DNA of 64,000 bases, from NCBI GenBank assembly GCA_051546255.1, contig CP128818.1:1-64000 (forward strand). Direction: 5' to 3'. Source of the stretch: Meyerozyma guilliermondii (lineage: Eukaryota). How positions within the stretch are numbered: the stretch's first letter is position 1; each line of letters starts with the position of its first letter. Below are positions 1-9,596 of the stretch, in pieces. The notes under the pieces are model-generated. The model was not told the DNA's origin, ran no database searches, and saw nothing but the letters and a program-made list of their open reading frames with translations. A program made the position numbers and the translations under genes.

Positions 1-1
1 T

Positions 2-343
2 GTACACCAGTACACCAGTACACCAGTACACCAGTACACCAGTACACCAGTACACCAGTACACCAGTACACCAGTACACCAGTACACCAGTACACCAGTA
101 CACCAGTACACCAGTACACCAGTACACCAGTACACCAGTACACCAGTACACCAGTACACCAGTACACCAGTACACCAGTACACCAGTACACCAGTACACC
201 AGTACACCAGTACACCAGTACACCAGTACACCAGTACACCAGTACACCAGTACACCAGTACACCAGTACACCAGTACACCAGTACACCAGTACACCAGTA
301 CACCAGTACACCAGTACACCAGTACACCAGTACACCAGTACAC
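2..343. repeat. Telomeric tandem array, unit ACACCAGT on + (G-rich strand ACTGGTGT on -), about 42 copies
   Basis: Perfect 8-bp periodicity from the window start, ending abruptly at ...CAGTACAC|TGCTG. The C-rich strand at the 5' end indicates a left chromosome end. The unit matches the known C. guilliermondii telomere repeat. Confidence 0.97.
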
Positions 344-1806
344 TGCTGTGGTATTAATCATAATCTGTATTGGCTGCCCTATAAAGAAGTAATGGCACAC
401 GAAGGTTCGAATAACAAATTGGGATGTTAAGCATCCCATTCGCTAGGCTCATCAGTCTGTTATTCGTCGCTAAGTGTCCAATTCGAAAATAACATAAGAA
501 ATTATCTAAGACAATATACCGGAACTTGACCCTCGGCTTCTAAAAAGCAAATGTCGCGTTGCTCCCATCATATGCAGAGTATTGGATTTCGTCGGAGATA
601 GCGTATATCTTCTGAGTTCCGGTCCTTCCATGCATATTCTTATGCACATTTCAATCCTTTAAAGCATCAGACTCAGAGTCACCACTTGAATAAAATCTGT
701 CAAATGACCTTGAATCTTTACCAGTATATATTTGCCCTCATTACGTCAAACGCCGCACCAAAGTTGGCTGCAAATTTGATTAAAAAATTGACATAGCTGG
801 TATATTTGCCTGAGAAAGGTAATGGTAAATGCAATTATTTTGCCATGTTATATAAAATTGGTTGTTATCTATGATTCGATATGGTAACGAGAACAGATCC
901 TTTTATCCGGGAACGAATAATCAATAATACGGCTTAGGCATAAATGAGAGAAGAGTTAGTCATCATTTTATTTTTCGCAGTCGATTTTTCCATTTTTGAC
1001 ATAATGTCCCAAAATTGCGTATTTTTAAAATTTTGCAATACACGGACAATGCAATTGTGAAGAGTACTCGATATTTATACAACAACAACAAAATGACGAA
1101 GCAAATGTGGAACGAGAATATTGGTTTCAAATGGAGTGTTGGTGTTTTCTTTTTGAATTTCCTTATTGTTTCAAAAGCCACACTTTACGGTTACGAATCT
1201 TTTCTTTCAATTAAAACTATTCGGCATTTATTATCACTATTCCAAAAATTCAACATTTAGGACTATTCAGCTTTCACGTATTTATTTTTAACAAGGTAAC
1301 AAACTAAAACTGTCATTGAGTGGACAGGTTCATAACCCATCAATATCAGGCACTTGAAAGCCTATACTATATTTCATATCTTTTCAGGGACAGCTTGTAC
1401 CATCTTCTCTTTTGTCGAAATATTGGTCCTTGACATTGATCAACGAGCCTTTGATCTAAACTTGATTTTAGAGTTTGACGCAGGCACACGCAATTAGATC
1501 TTGGTCGCATTTAGCAAAGCTGAAGTTGAGAAAGGTAAAGGTATTTTTTCTTCGATTTGTCAATACTGTTTTCACGTATTGGGAGAGATCAAGTAGCTTG
1601 TTTGACTACAGCGAGATGTAGTAGATTGAAATTGCAGTTACAATGGATGGACTCAACTTCTACCTTTCGCGGGCTAATTTTTCGCAGCCATTAATCGTTG
1701 CAAAATGTGGTGCGATTCAGTCGAATTTTCAAATTGATAGAGTTTAGCATTGCGAAAACTAGCTGCAGCTAAAGCAAAAGCTCCTCTATTATTTAATATT
1801 TTTTCT

Positions 1807-2811
1807 TTAAGCCTCACTATCAAACACAAGCTTCAAGTAATTATACCAGTTGAGGCCAAGAACCTTCTTGATCTTTGTCTCAGACCACCCCTTTCTGGCC
1901 ATAGCAACAGCAAGCTCTTCACGTTCAGCTAGTGGTCCTAAAGGCTTCACAACCTTTTGAGACCCCCAAGGCGTCAATCGCCTGGCATACCCTTTATCCT
2001 TATTACACCATTCCATAAACGCAGAAGGTCTTCCATGGCCCTCTGAAGCATCAGAACCTATTCCCACCAAGTCTTCTCCAATAAGGCCAATTACATAGTC
2101 CACCACATCAACATAATCATCGATAGTGGAGTCGTTACCCTTTGGCATGTGGGGACCAAACTGCGAGATTCCCACAAAACCGCCTTTTGATCCAAGGAAC
2201 TTGATCAACTCATCTGATTTGTTGCGGCCGCTTTTTTTCAAATTGGCGGGTAGAATATGAGAAAAACATGGAGGTTTCTTGGCATACTCTATGACGTCTC
2301 GAGATGTATTATCCCCAACATGCGACAAATCACATACTATACCCAAGCGTGCCATTTCATCGACAACTTCTCTTCCAAACCCTGTTAGTCCCGAGTCTTT
2401 AAGTTCGGTGTATCCAGCTCCAGAGTAATTTTGGGTGTTATAAGTCAATTGCATCTTGCGAACTCCAAGGTCCCGAAATATTCTCAAGTACCCCAACTGA
2501 TCTTCTATTCCACTAGTGTTCTGCCAAGAGAGCAACACTGCGGTCTTGCCTTCCTTTTTGGCTCGGTCAATGTCTTCTACATTGTGCACTTGCAATATCA
2601 AATGTGAGAACTCATCAAACCATTTTTTCCATTGAATAACGTTCTTGATGCTTTCGGAGAAGTTCTCCCACAAAGTACAGGTACAAGAAACCATGGTTAT
2701 ACCACCCTTATGCCATGCTTGAAAGATATCTTCGCCAAAATTGCAAATGTTCAAACCATCAATGTGGATGGATCTGCGGTACAATTCGCGAGCTTCTTGG
2801 TCGGTTAGCAT
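1807..2811 (-). CDS. Membrane dipeptidase-family (peptidase M19) amidohydrolase, cytosolic, bacterial-like
   Basis: 334 aa ATG ORF. Motifs QLTYNxxN, SGLTGFGREVVDEM, DLSHVG, FSH, RNKSDE, GIGSD, KGW...KKVLGLNW. No signal peptide. Confidence 0.9.
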   Translation of the reverse strand: MLTDQEARELYRRSIHIDGLNICNFGEDIFQAWHKGGITMVSCTCTLWENFSESIKNVIQWKKWFDEFSHLILQVHNVEDIDRAKKEGKTAVLLSWQNTSGIEDQLGYLRIFRDLGVRKMQLTYNTQNYSGAGYTELKDSGLTGFGREVVDEMARLGIVCDLSHVGDNTSRDVIEYAKKPPCFSHILPANLKKSGRNKSDELIKFLGSKGGFVGISQFGPHMPKGNDSTIDDYVDVVDYVIGLIGEDLVGIGSDASEGHGRPSAFMEWCNKDKGYARRLTPWGSQKVVKPLGPLAEREELAVAMARKGWSETKIKKVLGLNWYNYLKLVFDSEA

Positions 2812-3144
2812 TTTTTGGTAAATTTGACTACATTACGCACCCATTTATGCTTACGAAACGAAGATGAGAGGCGGGGGAGATACGATGATCGCCGGTAACG
2901 TGCCGAGATAGCGATGTCCCAATGCGGTAAATTGGCATCGAAACTCCGAAAAATTAATTGTGGCACATCAACGGCTCGTCCCAGATAGGCAACTATGGAT
3001 CGGGATTACGTCAAGATTGTGGATGAGATGCAAGCCATAATCACACCCAATTAGGCATGTTCATCGTCGGAGAAATGCTATCATCGACCAACTCGATGGA
3101 TCTTCTTTGTATAAAAGTTGTACCAAGATCATATCCAGCTTATC
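2812..3144. promoter_or_regulatory. Divergent promoter for the dipeptidase and the permease
   Basis: 333 bp between head-to-head ATGs. CGG-N7-CCG at 2893-2905 plus further CGG/CCG triplets. TATAAAA just before 3118. Confidence 0.55.
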
Positions 3145-4689
3145 ATGAGTGAAGTTATTGATTCTAATCTTGAGAAGAAGAACGGAATAGTTACCGTTGA
3201 TTCTGTTACTGGTGGTTCTTCCGCCGAAAACAGGCTGCTAAGTTCCAAAAAAGTTGACTGGAAAACAAAGATTAGAGGCATTATTTGGGACTCTCTTGAC
3301 AAAAGTCCGGAGGAAAGAAAGTTTGTATTCAAGGTGGACTGCTGGGTAATGTCATACATTTGTGTGGCCTACTTTGTCAAATATTTGGATTCTATGAATG
3401 TGTCGAATGCTTATGTTTCAGGAATGAAGGAAGAACTTCATTTTGGAGGATTGCAGTATAACTATTTATCAACTTGGTACTACATTGGCTACATCATTGG
3501 CCAAATTCCTTCTCAGGTGGCTATCAATTATATCAGACCTTCCATCTGGTTACCAGCAAACGAATTGCTTTACGGAGCCTTTGTCATGGCAATGGCAGGA
3601 GCTAAAGATGTCAAGACTTTGTATGCGTTGAGATTCTTCATTGGCTTGTTCGAAAGCACTGCCTATGTTGGTATCATGACAATCTTATCCAACTTTTACT
3701 TGCCAGATGAATTGGGAAAGAGAACATGTATCTTTCAAACTTCCTCGAGTGCTGCTCAGATGTTCTCGGGATACTTGCAAACAGGCCTTCATAAAGGCAT
3801 GGATGGTGTAGGTGGACTTTCGGCTTTCCGGTGGCTTTTCATATTTGATGGTATTATTACAATACCTGTTGCGATTGTGGGATTCTTTGCTATTCCTGAC
3901 GAACCCTTGAGTTCAAAGGCATTTTGGTTCAATGAAAAAGACAGAGAAATTGCAATAAGCCGATTAAAACGGGGGAACAGAAATACCAAACCTAATATGA
4001 AATTCCAAGATTTTTTGGATATGTGTGTGGACTGGCCCATTTACCTTTTCTCGTTGAGCTTTATTTGTCATGTGGTTGCAATTAGACTTTACGGATACAT
4101 GAACCTTTGGTTGAAATCAACAGGTACATTTTCCATCTCCCAGATCAACAACTTACCTACGGCAGGTTATGGGCTCCAGATCTTCGCAACCTTGTGCTGG
4201 GCTTGGCTTTCAGATGCTGTTGGAAACCGGTGGTCTATAATAACTCTAGCTTGTACTCCTGCGATAATTGGGTCGATAATTTTGTGGGTTTGGCCAAGCA
4301 ACCAGAGTGCATTATTTGCCGGCTGGTATTTGATGTTTGCAGAAACCGGCGCAGGCGCCTTGTTCATTAGTTGGATGTCAGAGACGTTGGGTACGGCAGT
4401 AGAACAAAGGTACTTGATGATAGGCGTTGCTGAGGCCACTTCGTTTATATTCACGGCTGCAATTCCCATCTACTTGTATCCGGCTGACAAGGCACCCCGT
4501 TATCCTTATGCCTATCCTATTACTTTCATGTTTTTTACGCTTGAAGCGGTGGTTACCTTGGTGATTGCTTTGATTCAGAGACTTGAAAGGAAAGGAGTTT
4601 TACGCAACAAACACTTGTTTCTTAGCAAGACCCAGGAAATATTGATTGAAGAAGAACAAGCTAGGAAGGATAACAAGGAAGCAGTTTGA
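3145..4689 (+). CDS. MFS anion:cation symporter, Fen2/Liz1/Dal5 (pantothenate/allantoate) family
   Basis: First ATG at 3145 (track start 3118 is TTG). KVDCWVMSY, YLD..NVSNAYVSGMKEEL, GQIPS, LRFFIGLFE, WLFIFDGIIT. About 12 hydrophobic segments. Confidence 0.9.
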   Translation: MSEVIDSNLEKKNGIVTVDSVTGGSSAENRLLSSKKVDWKTKIRGIIWDSLDKSPEERKFVFKVDCWVMSYICVAYFVKYLDSMNVSNAYVSGMKEELHFGGLQYNYLSTWYYIGYIIGQIPSQVAINYIRPSIWLPANELLYGAFVMAMAGAKDVKTLYALRFFIGLFESTAYVGIMTILSNFYLPDELGKRTCIFQTSSSAAQMFSGYLQTGLHKGMDGVGGLSAFRWLFIFDGIITIPVAIVGFFAIPDEPLSSKAFWFNEKDREIAISRLKRGNRNTKPNMKFQDFLDMCVDWPIYLFSLSFICHVVAIRLYGYMNLWLKSTGTFSISQINNLPTAGYGLQIFATLCWAWLSDAVGNRWSIITLACTPAIIGSIILWVWPSNQSALFAGWYLMFAETGAGALFISWMSETLGTAVEQRYLMIGVAEATSFIFTAAIPIYLYPADKAPRYPYAYPITFMFFTLEAVVTLVIALIQRLERKGVLRNKHLFLSKTQEILIEEEQARKDNKEAV

Positions 4690-4763
4690 TAACTAATTCA
4701 TTCAATAGTATTGAGTCGACTTAATGAAGTTTTTCACAGAATACTTTAACATTTGACTGTATG

Positions 4764-6287
4764 CTACCCACCAAATATTGTCGAGTCCCATTGGTCCTTT
4801 TCCATTGGTTCCAACGGCAATAGCGGTTTTCTCCGAAATTTATAGTCAAAGTTCCCAAAGTTTGGGCAAGACCATCCTCCACAATCAACTAAATGAATTC
4901 CTTGATCAGCTATCTGGGTGTAAGAAGATCTAAAATGCGCCGTCGATTTGATAGCGATTATCAAGGGTTGTGTCTGGGAAATATCAATGCCTATTCCCAT
5001 GAAAGCATTGATGTCATAAGCCTGAATCCGCTCCGTCGTAACTATAATCAAACCATTAGCAGCTTCCAATACACAAGTCATCCCAGCGTAGAGTGTAGCT
5101 CCATGCATCATGTCACCAATGTTTGTATACTTGTAGTCCAAAATCTTTGAAACTTTAGCCTTGACTTGAAGAACCTTGCTGCTCGCGTGTGACAACGAAG
5201 TTCCCAATTCGAAGGTACCTTCGTTACCAATACCTTTTTCAATTGCCTGTTTAACCACCGCTCTATCAACATGAAAGGCACTCACAAATGGTGTAGGTAA
5301 ACTTAGTAGTTTTGATAATAAGTGTGTTTCATCTGCTGTGCCACCTGAGCCAGGAGAGTCTGAGACATCTGCCACCACCACTCTCCCCAAACTCGCTTTG
5401 GATTGTATCAAATCCCATACGGAGTCTAGTTTGGGAATTGGTGCAAATATCTCCAGCTTCAATTGCCACACCAAGTCGCTTATAGCTTTTAAAGCCTTTG
5501 TGCATGGCTCATAGGTTTCATTAGTCGCTAACAAACACATGCCAACGTCGAAACAATCACCAAATGCAAAACCTCCACCAATTGCCAAGTCTCGGACTCC
5601 AAGCTTGTTCTCCAATTCATTGCACTTTTTCATTATGATCTCGAAGGGCATACCAGCAACGGTAGCTTGGTTTGGCAACGCTGAAAGCAAAGGAATGGGA
5701 AACCTATATGTGGTGAGACTCTTGGGTTTAATTACCAAGTCTTTAGCTAGTTCAACACAAAGAGCACCTCTCTCATAGGTGTCTATGTGTGGGTATTTCT
5801 TACCAATAATCGCAACATCCGCATATGAGGTTAGGTTTTCACTGATATTGCCGTGAAAGTCAAGAGTTACTCCTATCACCGAAGAAGGTGAGATCCGCTT
5901 GAACTTTTCCACCAACGCACCCTCGGGATCAACGAGTCCCTCAACCACATTTGCTCCATGTAAGAGCATCATAACAATATCAGGTGGTCCTGTTTCTTCA
6001 ACGTAAGACTTGAAAGTATTGATCATATCTAGTTCAATTTGGCGAAATGCCTCTTTGTTCATCATGCCTCCAGGCATACAAGCCGTACAAACACCACATT
6101 CCACTTCCATTGAGCAGCTTGAGGCAGCATCCAACACGCCAGTAACCCAATCTCGGTCCTTCAGAAACTTGTTTTTGACATTCTGGTAGCCGCTCAAATA
6201 ATGACGATTTTTGAAATCAGTAACGTTGACACGAATTGGAACAAATGACGAAGCTTCATAGAAAATCTGGGTAACGAATGTTCTCAT
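4764..6287 (-). CDS. MlrC-like M81 metallopeptidase (DUF1485 plus MlrC C-terminal domain)
   Basis: ATG at 6287. N-terminal xEASSFxP, LHGA, DPEG, TLDFHGN, YPHIDTYERG, GFAFGD, DxSDSPGSGG, KSTAHFR are MlrC-family hallmarks. Confidence 0.88.
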   Translation of the reverse strand: MRTFVTQIFYEASSFVPIRVNVTDFKNRHYLSGYQNVKNKFLKDRDWVTGVLDAASSCSMEVECGVCTACMPGGMMNKEAFRQIELDMINTFKSYVEETGPPDIVMMLLHGANVVEGLVDPEGALVEKFKRISPSSVIGVTLDFHGNISENLTSYADVAIIGKKYPHIDTYERGALCVELAKDLVIKPKSLTTYRFPIPLLSALPNQATVAGMPFEIIMKKCNELENKLGVRDLAIGGGFAFGDCFDVGMCLLATNETYEPCTKALKAISDLVWQLKLEIFAPIPKLDSVWDLIQSKASLGRVVVADVSDSPGSGGTADETHLLSKLLSLPTPFVSAFHVDRAVVKQAIEKGIGNEGTFELGTSLSHASSKVLQVKAKVSKILDYKYTNIGDMMHGATLYAGMTCVLEAANGLIIVTTERIQAYDINAFMGIGIDISQTQPLIIAIKSTAHFRSSYTQIADQGIHLVDCGGWSCPNFGNFDYKFRRKPLLPLEPMEKDQWDSTIFGG

Positions 6288-6381
6288 CTGGCACACTAAG
6301 ATTAGAGAACAGATCTGTTTATCATTTACAATGAATCGATTGTCCGACTGAAAATTTCCCTTTTGGGGATGACGATAAGCC

Positions 6382-8187
6382 TTACAGAAAATCGTTGTCT
6401 ATGAGGGTGGTAATTGGCAACTTTGCCGAGTTCGTATCCAATATGTCGTAGTAGGCACTGGCAACGCCCATCAACTCACGGAATAGATTAGCCATTTCGG
6501 TAATTTCTGGTCCGTCTGCACTAAGACTTATCTCAAGAATGTTATCGCAAATTGTACGAAATACCTGAGCACACTTTTTTGCAATCACCCATTTTTCGCT
6601 GAAGGCTTCGAGTATCTCAGCACAAATGTTAATTTCGGTCTTTGAGTCTATCAAATCAACGCTCCAGTTGCACAAACAAAATAAAATGCTCGAACAGATG
6701 GTTAGAAATCGGTATAGGGTGATCCAGTTGAGCGGAAGTAGCTTTTCGTTGAACAAAATGTGAGTGTAAAGTACCGATTGAAGACTTACCTTGCCCAAAA
6801 TCTCTATTCTTTGCGGGGAGGTCTTGGGCAATAAAAAGGAAGGGCGGTGTAAGAGCATCAAGCAATGATAGTATCTCGCAGAATACCATGCATTTGAAGT
6901 GTAAAACGAAAATAACTTTTTGTCCGTTTTGAACTGGATAGGACAAGCTTCATACCAGCGATCCAATTCGTTGATGATATTTGTAACAATGAGTTCCTTG
7001 GTTTCGGGATCTTTCTGTCCTGCTTTGTATGAATATACCTTCTTTATGATCTTTCCCTCTATTCTCCTTAAATGTATCATCGATTGCATTATTTTCATTG
7101 TTCCGTATTCTTCATCTTCCAATTTACTTGGCAAAGGAATCTCTATATCATCCTCGTCAATAGCCAACGGTTTGCCAAAGCTTATCGATAAGAGCCTATC
7201 CAAATTGTAAACGCTCCAAAAAAGACGATGTCTCATTTCTCGTTCCACATGATCCATGGGGCCCCTAACTTGCCGATTGAGACCCAAAGAAAGTGCTATT
7301 CTGGAAACAGTACCAGACAAAGTCCATGAATGTAGTCCATTAGGCTCGAAAAACGAATAAATGCACAATAGTATCAACATTCGGAGCCGGTCGAAATCGT
7401 CATATGATTTGTTTCTAGATAGAAACTGAATAGATTTCGAGGAAAAGCTTTTGCTAAAGTTGTCCTCTTTCGACAAGAGTCCAACTCTAGTCAATGTAGT
7501 ACATCCAATAGCCATCACCATGTATAGCTCGAATTGAGCCACTGTATTTACTTCGTCGCTGATGTACTCATTGCTCTCGATTTGACTGATGAATTGTGAC
7601 TTTTTAATGAAGGGATACGATCGATGGTTGTGCTTGAAATACGCCTCCACAAATTTGAGTGCTAGAGACTTGCTTACTTGGTAAATTGACTCCCTTCCGT
7701 CGTCCAGAATGGTTGGAGAGTATCCAATAATTGAAAGAAAAAGATCCTTTTGTGGCGTATCATAACCGGATGACTCTAGTGGTTGCTCTAGAATTCTCCT
7801 GAAGAATCCAGGAGTTGGGGACTTATACATCTCAGGATTAGGGTCACTGTTCGTCATGGGGATATCCATTCCTAGATCAGTATGGAAGTCATTCTCAGTC
7901 TCAGATTGACCAAAAACGTTATTAATTTCAGAATTTAGTTCCATATTTAGCCCAAAAGTCGTGGAGTTTCGTTTCTTTCTCTTCAGGTACTCACAATTGG
8001 TTTCTGCCTTGAAACAATTATCGCAGGTTGGTATTGTTTTCGAGCACTTTTTCTTAATTCTTTTGCATCGATTGCACGAGTAAGGAGATATTGACTCCGC
8101 CAGATAGTCAGGGTCTCGTTTTTGTTCCTTGGATACTCGGAACTTGTTATAATATATGCCTATTTTACCCGCATCTGTGTTTCCCAT
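6382..8187 (-). CDS. Zn(II)2Cys6 transcription factor with fungal-specific TF domain (Ppr1-like)
   Basis: CNRCKRIKKKCSKTIPTCDNCFKAETNC cluster. Middle-homology region ALSLGLNR...RHRLFWSVYNLDRLLSISFGKP. Confidence 0.92.
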   Translation of the reverse strand: MGNTDAGKIGIYYNKFRVSKEQKRDPDYLAESISPYSCNRCKRIKKKCSKTIPTCDNCFKAETNCEYLKRKKRNSTTFGLNMELNSEINNVFGQSETENDFHTDLGMDIPMTNSDPNPEMYKSPTPGFFRRILEQPLESSGYDTPQKDLFLSIIGYSPTILDDGRESIYQVSKSLALKFVEAYFKHNHRSYPFIKKSQFISQIESNEYISDEVNTVAQFELYMVMAIGCTTLTRVGLLSKEDNFSKSFSSKSIQFLSRNKSYDDFDRLRMLILLCIYSFFEPNGLHSWTLSGTVSRIALSLGLNRQVRGPMDHVEREMRHRLFWSVYNLDRLLSISFGKPLAIDEDDIEIPLPSKLEDEEYGTMKIMQSMIHLRRIEGKIIKKVYSYKAGQKDPETKELIVTNIINELDRWYEACPIQFKTDKKLFSFYTSNAWYSARYYHCLMLLHRPSFLLPKTSPQRIEILGKVSLQSVLYTHILFNEKLLPLNWITLYRFLTICSSILFCLCNWSVDLIDSKTEINICAEILEAFSEKWVIAKKCAQVFRTICDNILEISLSADGPEITEMANLFRELMGVASAYYDILDTNSAKLPITTLIDNDFL

Positions 8188-8273
8188 CTTGTTCGCTAAA
8201 AGAAAAGATAAGATTTTCGCAGCCGCGAGTCCAACTACACTCTACCAAAATAGGTTATTTGGTGGTCTATTTA

Positions 8274-9596
8274 TTATATGTACGTGGAATAACGACAATC
8301 TAGAAGCTGATACGGCACTTTCTTCTTCCAAAGTTCTTTCACGTGCGCCAGAACATCGAGAAGTCTGCGGGCCTTAATGGTAGCCGTAAGTCCTCTTGTC
8401 GTAGTTCTCTCTTCAGTCCATTCTTCCGCCTCAAAACCTTCCTTAGTTCCAGAATCGTCGATCCATGCTTGCAATTCTTTGCAGTACTCTACATCCTTAG
8501 GAAACGTGAGAATGTGCATGCCCTCCATTGGCTCTGGCAATGTACTTTCCATAGCCTCAATAGAAGGAAGTTGCATTCTGCCTGAAAAAACCCGAGCAAC
8601 AACAGCTGCCTGTGACTCAGAAAACGGCATAGGAATCACATTTTTTGGGATGGTCAAAAACGCCAAAGTTGGATCTTTGGTGTAGAATATATGGCGGTAC
8701 AAATTCTTGACAAACTTGCCTGTAGTGATCAAATCGTCTATGTATGTCTTCAAGTAAGGAAAATCATACAAATAACCCGTACAGAAGACAATTGAGTCAA
8801 TTCCTCCATACTTTTGCCCATCCAAGCAGGTGACTTGACGGTTCTCAGGATCATAGTGTACAACTTCTGGAATGGAAATGACGGGATCCAACGATTTAGA
8901 TTCACCTCTAGTAGTGTTAAGAACAGTTTTCGCTTGAGTTGTGGCTTGCATAGCAATATCAATACCGGAAGCGGAGCCTCCAACTACCAACACTGTTTTA
9001 TCACGAAAACAGGTGGAGTCGTTGTAGTACTTTGCATGAGTCACTTCACCCGGATGGACCTTGGTCCAGGCGAGAATTCCTGGGGTTTGAGGGATATACG
9101 GTTTATCGAAATGACCACTTGCAAGTATCACGGCATCAAAATCAAATTTTGTACCATCTTCGGTAGTAAGAGTCCAAGTTCCAGTACCATTCTTTTCAAG
9201 CTTTTCGATACCACAGCCCAAATGAATGGTAACACCCACGATAGTCTTCGAATAATCTCTAATATACTTGGCGATTTGAGCCCTAGAAGGAAAGGTTGGA
9301 TAAAATTCGGGCATGGGGAAATCTTTGTACTTCATAGTCCACTTTGTGATATTGGTTTCCAAGTGCCTATACATTGGACTGCTGGAACGAATGGGCTCCT
9401 CTTCAATTCCACTACCATTGATTTCATATTTGACTTCTGCCTTGTAGTCTTCACTATAATTCCACAATCCGCCGAGTTGTGGCTTTTTTTCAAACAAGTG
9501 AATTTCGTCAAATTTCGATGGTTCCAAGCTCAAAGCTTTTGCGGCAGCTACGCCCGCTGGACCGCCACCGATGATTCCCACTTTACGAATTGCCAT
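8274..9596 (-). CDS. FMO1: Flavin-containing monooxygenase (Fmo1-like)
   Basis: GGGPAG FAD site, GGLWNY, MYRHLETN, HAKYY, GGSASG NADPH site, FCTGY. Confidence 0.88.
   Translation of the reverse strand: MAIRKVGIIGGGPAGVAAAKALSLEPSKFDEIHLFEKKPQLGGLWNYSEDYKAEVKYEINGSGIEEEPIRSSSPMYRHLETNITKWTMKYKDFPMPEFYPTFPSRAQIAKYIRDYSKTIVGVTIHLGCGIEKLEKNGTGTWTLTTEDGTKFDFDAVILASGHFDKPYIPQTPGILAWTKVHPGEVTHAKYYNDSTCFRDKTVLVVGGSASGIDIAMQATTQAKTVLNTTRGESKSLDPVISIPEVVHYDPENRQVTCLDGQKYGGIDSIVFCTGYLYDFPYLKTYIDDLITTGKFVKNLYRHIFYTKDPTLAFLTIPKNVIPMPFSESQAAVVARVFSGRMQLPSIEAMESTLPEPMEGMHILTFPKDVEYCKELQAWIDDSGTKEGFEAEEWTEERTTTRGLTATIKARRLLDVLAHVKELWKKKVPYQLLDCRYSTYI

Noticed and set aside
2..343. CRISPR-like or satellite array
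   Set aside because: No spacers; it is a terminal 8-bp telomeric repeat in a eukaryote.
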